From positions 1,536,001-1,600,000 of the forward strand of contig CBDCWG010000012.1 in NCBI GenBank assembly GCA_965223345.1: a stretch of 64,000 bases of DNA, read 5' to 3'. A model generated the notes under the pieces. The model made no database searches. It saw only the letters and a list, made by a program, of their open reading frames with translations, and was not told the origin of the DNA. The translations under genes and the position numbers were made by a program. Each line of letters begins with the position of its first letter. The stretch's first letter is position 1. Positions 59,336 to 64,000 of the stretch are shown here, one piece after another. This stretch comes from Nitrospinales bacterium. Its GTDB lineage: Bacteria > Nitrospinota > Nitrospinia > Nitrospinales > VA-1.

Positions 59336-59580
59336 GATTTTCCTCCCCGCATTCTCACACGGCTTTTCTCTTTCCCGTTCGCACTGAAATAGTAACCCTC
59401 TGATTTTAAACCCTGTTTCCCATGCAGGAGGATGCGGGTGACCGGGGTCACAGGGAAATGTGATTTTGTTCTATTTGTTTTTGTTGTGGGCGAAATTATT
59501 ATTATTTTCCCAAACTCAGTTCACAATCCAAAAATACTTTTACTGTTAAAAAAATCGTAACAGGCCTTTCGGTGGGGGTT

Positions 59581-60684
59581 ATGAAGACTTTCGTATTTTC
59601 GTTTCTGGCGGGACTGGTCCTGGCCGCTTTTTTTCTGGTTTTTGTTCCCGGCTCGTCGCTGGCCGTGGACGCCGGTCCTCAGGGCATCACGGCACGGAAG
59701 GCCACCGATTATCTGCACGCGGTGATTCAGGGAAGCCGGTCCTTTTACACCAAGCAGATCGTGGAGCGCCTGAGCAAAGCGCTGTCCCTCAAGGCCTCGG
59801 AAAAGTGGAAAGAGGACAACGCGCTGCCGCTGCCGGCGCAGTTTCTGCTGCTGTCCTCGAAAAACATCAACGATAAGGGCATGGGGCTCAAGATCCGGCT
59901 GATCAGCCTGCACCCGATCAACAAAGCCAATTCACCGGTCAGCGATCTGGAAAAACTCGGGCTGCACGGTCTGGTGTCCAACCCCGAAGAGCCGTTCACC
60001 TGGGTGGTGCAGACCGGGGGGCGCTGGAGTTTTCAGGCCATTTATCCGGATCTGGCCGTCACGGAAGCCTGTGTGAACTGTCACAACAACCATCCGGAGT
60101 CTCCGAAAAAGGATTTCAAGGTGGGCGACGTCCTGGGCGGGCTGGTCATCAACATTCCCCTGCGGCAGGAAGGGATCTCGGGCAAAGAGGACAATTTCCT
60201 GGTTCCGCCGGAGGTGATCTCCGACTACATCCACGCGATCCTCGATTCCGACCGCATGGTCTATTCCACGTTGGTCGTGAACCGGCTGAAGAGAAAGAAC
60301 GTCATCGAGGCGAAGGAAAACTGGCGGGAATCGAACACGCTGCCGCTGCCGGCGCAGTTTTTGCTCAACAGCAGCGGCGTCGCGAGAAAGAACAAGCTCG
60401 GCCTGGACTTCCGTTTGATCAGCCTGTGGCCGATCAATGTGAGAAACGGCGCCGCGAACGAGTTCGAACGCAATGCGCTGGAAGAGGTCTCCCTTTTTCC
60501 CTTACGGCCTTACATCAGCAAGATCAAGCTGGGAAACCGCCACTACTTTCAGGCGGTGTACCCGGATTTCGCGGTGGCGCAGGCCTGCGTGACCTGCCAC
60601 AACGAGCATCCCAAGAGCCCGAGGAAGGATTTCGCCCTCAACGATCTGATGGGCGCCATCGTGGTTTCTTTCCCGTACCAGTGA
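59581..60684 (+). CDS. Di-heme c protein with tandem DUF3365 (Tll0287-like) domains
   Basis: Signal peptide; two repeats each with LPLPAQFL, RLISL.PIN and CxxCH (CVNCH, CVTCH). Confidence 0.88.
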   Translation: MKTFVFSFLAGLVLAAFFLVFVPGSSLAVDAGPQGITARKATDYLHAVIQGSRSFYTKQIVERLSKALSLKASEKWKEDNALPLPAQFLLLSSKNINDKGMGLKIRLISLHPINKANSPVSDLEKLGLHGLVSNPEEPFTWVVQTGGRWSFQAIYPDLAVTEACVNCHNNHPESPKKDFKVGDVLGGLVINIPLRQEGISGKEDNFLVPPEVISDYIHAILDSDRMVYSTLVVNRLKRKNVIEAKENWRESNTLPLPAQFLLNSSGVARKNKLGLDFRLISLWPINVRNGAANEFERNALEEVSLFPLRPYISKIKLGNRHYFQAVYPDFAVAQACVTCHNEHPKSPRKDFALNDLMGAIVVSFPYQ

Positions 60685-60769
60685 GGCTCTGTTTGAATCG
60701 GCCGGATCCATTTACCAACCACAGCACGACGGCCTCAGCGCCGGGATTTCCAACATGAGAGGAGTGTCG

Positions 60770-61057
60770 ATGAAACCGGATGAACACGATAGAGTGAGAA
60801 CCGAAATCGAAGGGGTGAAAAAGCGGCTCGAGGAAACCACGCAGGAATTCATCCGGTTCGCGGTCGAGACCTACATCCGCCAGCATCACGGGGACCTCGA
60901 TGAAGCGCTGAGCCAGTTTCTCTGGGATGTGAAAAAACACCACTCTTCTCATGCCAGACCGGACAATTACATGGACGGCCCGCGGCCCAATCCGATCGAG
61001 CGGGACATCGTCTCCCTGTTTCTCTTGATGAAAGACAGCACCGGCCGGCCGTTGTAG
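60770..61057 (+). CDS. Small hypothetical protein
   Basis: GAGGAG RBS, coding-like codon bias. Confidence 0.6.
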   Translation: MKPDEHDRVRTEIEGVKKRLEETTQEFIRFAVETYIRQHHGDLDEALSQFLWDVKKHHSSHARPDNYMDGPRPNPIERDIVSLFLLMKDSTGRPL

Positions 61058-61291
61058 CGGTCACCTGCGGCCGTCCCCGTTTTCCCGAAGCCGAAGGGAC
61101 TCCCTTCTTGAGCATCCGAACGGGCATTTTTTGCCCGTGCGCTTTGCGGGGTTAAAACCCCGGTTTGTGTTTCCTGCCTTCCCCGTTTCGTCTCCAGACA
61201 AAAATAGCCTATAATCGGGCCTGCTTCGAACCTGCGCCGCCCGTTTCCAGCCAATGGCAAAGAGGGCGCTTCCCGATCAGGACAATCCGCA

Positions 61292-63013
61292 ATGCATGAA
61301 ATTCAGACTCTGGTGCCGGTGATCGTGTTGCTGCTTGTGGGCATCGCCTCCATCACGCTGATGCGTCCGCTCAAGGTCAGCCCCATCGTGGGGTATCTGC
61401 TGGCGGGCATCCTCATCGGCCCGCACGGCTTCGGCTGGATGGAGGAAAGCGGGACGACCCACCTGATGGCCGAGCTGGGCGTGGTGTTTCTGCTGTTCGA
61501 CATCGGCCTGCATTTTTCCCTGGAACACATCTGGGATGCGCGCCGGGAAATCCTCGGGCTGGGGCCGATTCAGGTGTTGTTCTGCACGGTGGCGCTGGCG
61601 GGGCTGGCTTTGTTGTTCGGGTTCGCGCCGCCGGTGGCGCTGATCATCGGTACGAGCCTGGCGCTTTCGTCCACGGCGGTGGTGTTCCAGGTGCTGGCGG
61701 GGTACAACCAGAGCAACTGCCCGGTGGGTTCGGGCGCCACGGCGGTGCTGATCTTCCAGGACATCTGCGCCATCTTCCTGCTGATCTTTGCCGGGTCCTA
61801 CGGCCAGAGCGACGCTTCGCTGGGCGTCACGCTCGGGGCCGCCGCGCTGAAAGCGGCGGGGGCGTTTGCGCTGGCCATCCTGATCGCGCATTTTTTCGCC
61901 ACGCCGGTGTTCAAGATGCTGGCGAAATACAAAGACGAGGAGATCTTCACTGCCGCGGCCTTGCTGATGGTGCTGGCGACCGCCGCCGCGACCGGGACGA
62001 TCGGCCTCTCCCTCACGCTCGGAGCGTTTCTCGGAGGCATGATCATCGCCGAGACACCCTACCGGCACATCATCAAGACGGAGGTCAAGCCGTTTCGCGG
62101 CCTGCTTTTAGGTTTCTTTTTCATCACCGTGGGCATGGGGCTCAACACCCACACGATCCTCGGTTCCTGGTGGCAGATCGTTCTGATCGTCGTCCTCATG
62201 TTGGCTGTGAAGATCCTGTTCGTGTTTTTCGCGGCGCTGGCTCTGCGTTCGCCGCTGCGCACGTCTTTGCAGATGGGGTTTCTCCTGTCCCAGGGCAGTG
62301 AGTTTGCGTTTGTGGTTTTTTCCCTGCCGGGCATCCAGCAGGCGATGGGAGCGGACCTGGCGTCGATTCTGATCAGCGCCGTGGCGCTGAGCATGGCGCT
62401 GACGCCGCCCCTGGCCGAGTTCGGCCACCGTTTCGCCGACCGGCTGGCGATGAAGAAGGCCGAGGCCCGCCGTGAGGATGTGGAATCGCAGCCCGATGAG
62501 GACCGCTGTGTCATCGTTCTGGGTATGGGACCCATCGGGCGCACCGTCGCCGATGCGCTGGAAGCGCACGAAATCTCCTATCTCGCCATCGAGATGCGTC
62601 ACGACCGCTTCATCCAGGCCAACACCGACGGCTATCCCGTGGTGTTCGGCGACGGCGCGGATCTCAGGCTGATGGAAACGGTGGAGATGGCGCACGCGGA
62701 CACTCTGGTGATCACCGAACCGCGGCTGGAAGTCGCGAAAGAGGTGGCCCCGATCGCGCGCGAGCGCTACCCCAACCTGCGGCGGCTGGTTTCGGTGGGC
62801 GATGAGCAGGGCGCCCGCTCGTTTCGGGCGCTGTCTCTGGATCCGGTGTTCGACCGCAGTTTCCCTCCCGGTCTCGATCTTTCGGTGGCCGTCCTGAACG
62901 CGCAGCAGGTCCCCGAGGAAAAGATCCAGAAATGGATGCAGCGCCAGCAGGCGCGGGCCCTGGATGAAAAAGCGGAACAGGACCCCTTCGCCTTCTCCTT
63001 GCAGAAAAGCTGA
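61292..63013 (+). CDS. CPA2 cation:proton antiporter with RCK/TrkA-N domain (KefB/KefC-like)
   Basis: GYL.AG..IGP, AELGVVFLLF.IGL, LSSTAVV, FQD, LSQGSEFAFV, G.G.IG. Confidence 0.93.
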   Translation: MHEIQTLVPVIVLLLVGIASITLMRPLKVSPIVGYLLAGILIGPHGFGWMEESGTTHLMAELGVVFLLFDIGLHFSLEHIWDARREILGLGPIQVLFCTVALAGLALLFGFAPPVALIIGTSLALSSTAVVFQVLAGYNQSNCPVGSGATAVLIFQDICAIFLLIFAGSYGQSDASLGVTLGAAALKAAGAFALAILIAHFFATPVFKMLAKYKDEEIFTAAALLMVLATAAATGTIGLSLTLGAFLGGMIIAETPYRHIIKTEVKPFRGLLLGFFFITVGMGLNTHTILGSWWQIVLIVVLMLAVKILFVFFAALALRSPLRTSLQMGFLLSQGSEFAFVVFSLPGIQQAMGADLASILISAVALSMALTPPLAEFGHRFADRLAMKKAEARREDVESQPDEDRCVIVLGMGPIGRTVADALEAHEISYLAIEMRHDRFIQANTDGYPVVFGDGADLRLMETVEMAHADTLVITEPRLEVAKEVAPIARERYPNLRRLVSVGDEQGARSFRALSLDPVFDRSFPPGLDLSVAVLNAQQVPEEKIQKWMQRQQARALDEKAEQDPFAFSLQKS

Positions 63014-63031
63014 TTTTCCCACCGCAATGGC

Positions 63032-63171
63032 TCACAAAATTTGTCAAAAATAACTGCCAAAAATTATCATGTGTGCATAAAAGGGCACACCTTCTGGAGG
63101 GCCCGGATCGCGGTAAACATATCCTAAATTATTGATATATAAGGACAATTTTGTTTGGCATGGAGTTGGCA
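63032..63171 (+). promoter_or_regulatory. Sigma54 promoter with IHF site and paired dyads
   Basis: TCACAAAATTTGTCA (63032-63046), TGCCAAAAATTATCA (63055-63069), exact IHF consensus on minus strand (63125-63137), TGGCATGGAGTTGGCA (63156-63171). Confidence 0.55.
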
Positions 63172-63210
63172 ATATTTCAAGTGACTGCCAACTAAAGAAG
63201 GATGGGCACC

Positions 63211-63438
63211 ATGAAATCTGAATACTGGTTCATGAATCTGGCCAAAGAGGATGAAGACATCGACGCCAATTTCACCATCAAGACGCTGATGGAATCGGGC
63301 TGGGAATTCGTCGCCAACGGCGGGGAAGACAGCGCGGAGGTGCTGATCTTCAAGAAAAACGTGAACAACCAGTCCAACGCCCTGGAAGAGGACCTCAATG
63401 TGGGTTCCATCAACGAAACGGGCCAGCCCCTGATGTGA
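63211..63438 (+). CDS. Small acidic protein, DUF4177-like
   Basis: EY...GWEFV....LIFKK pattern; GAAGGA RBS. Confidence 0.6.
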   Translation: MKSEYWFMNLAKEDEDIDANFTIKTLMESGWEFVANGGEDSAEVLIFKKNVNNQSNALEEDLNVGSINETGQPLM

Positions 63439-64000
63439 TTCTCCCTCAAAATCCGAGTTGAAGTGACGAGACCGTTCCAACCCTTTGATCGAAACCTTTG
63501 AGGAAAGGAACGGGCTTCGGGCTCCGATTGATATTTTTACATTCTCAGCATCGTGGTCAGACCTCAAAGGCAAGCCATATCGTTGATTTTCTTTTGATTC
63601 TTTCCTGCCCCGTTTCGTGCGTGAACACCCTTTAGTCAAACCAAGTACGGGATTTTCGCCCCTGTTTTCTGGAAATATGGAGACCGGGTTGTATTTTGCC
63701 TGAAAAGGGAAGAAATGGCGGATTCACCCGTCTCCTTGCGCCTGACCTTTGAGGAACAAGCGCAAGGAGAAGGATTTCCAGTGTTGCAATTTTTTTAAGT
63801 GAAACAGGTTGAATGTATCGAGCGTTCCCAAAGGAGCTGCAACCGCTCCGATCACTCCGGAAAAAGCTTTCATTTTCACAAAACGGTCGTCCGGAATCGA
63901 ACACGTTGTGTGCGTCGCCTTGCGGCTACGGTTTTGTGGCCCTGTAGTAATCAGCCAGACCTTGTTTGGCTATCTTTCCATGCTCTTTCAAGGCATCGAC

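Noticed and set aside
63440..64000. Window end as a gene or RNA
   Set aside because: No convincing ORF or tRNA/rRNA signature; probably intergenic or belonging to a gene outside the window.

Overview
Bacterial chromosomal window, GC-rich apart from a lower-GC patch at ~39.2-43.1 kb. Gene content suggests a Nitrospina-like organism (inference only). Left to right: sigma54 activator with a small stress operon; Mrp-type Na+/H+ antiporter operon interrupted by a universal stress protein; a ~17 kb surface-glycan locus (16.3-33.5 kb); YfiR-like two-component genes and a TonB-dependent receptor; ArnT-like transferase, hydrolases, two Hsp20s, ActP-like symporter, radical SAM/SPASM enzyme, receivers/kinase, Cu/Zn SOD, di-heme DUF3365 protein and a KefC-like antiporter. 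No rRNA, tRNA, CRISPR array or transposase seen. Best candidate new system (21.1-25.0 kb): a sigma54-type operon with two tiny, highly basic secreted proteins sharing a non-canonical C-terminal sorting signal (WC-x6-C-x-PPTVSELP + TM + RRR), an exosortase with Ser in place of the catalytic Cys, and an EpsI domain fused to a glycosidase-like domain, all inside a putative synthase-dependent polysaccharide locus. Second: two paralogous 30-aa membrane peptides ending in GLFNE, 43 kb apart and absent from the ORF track. All family calls come from motif recognition by eye; no searches were run, so novelty is unverified.
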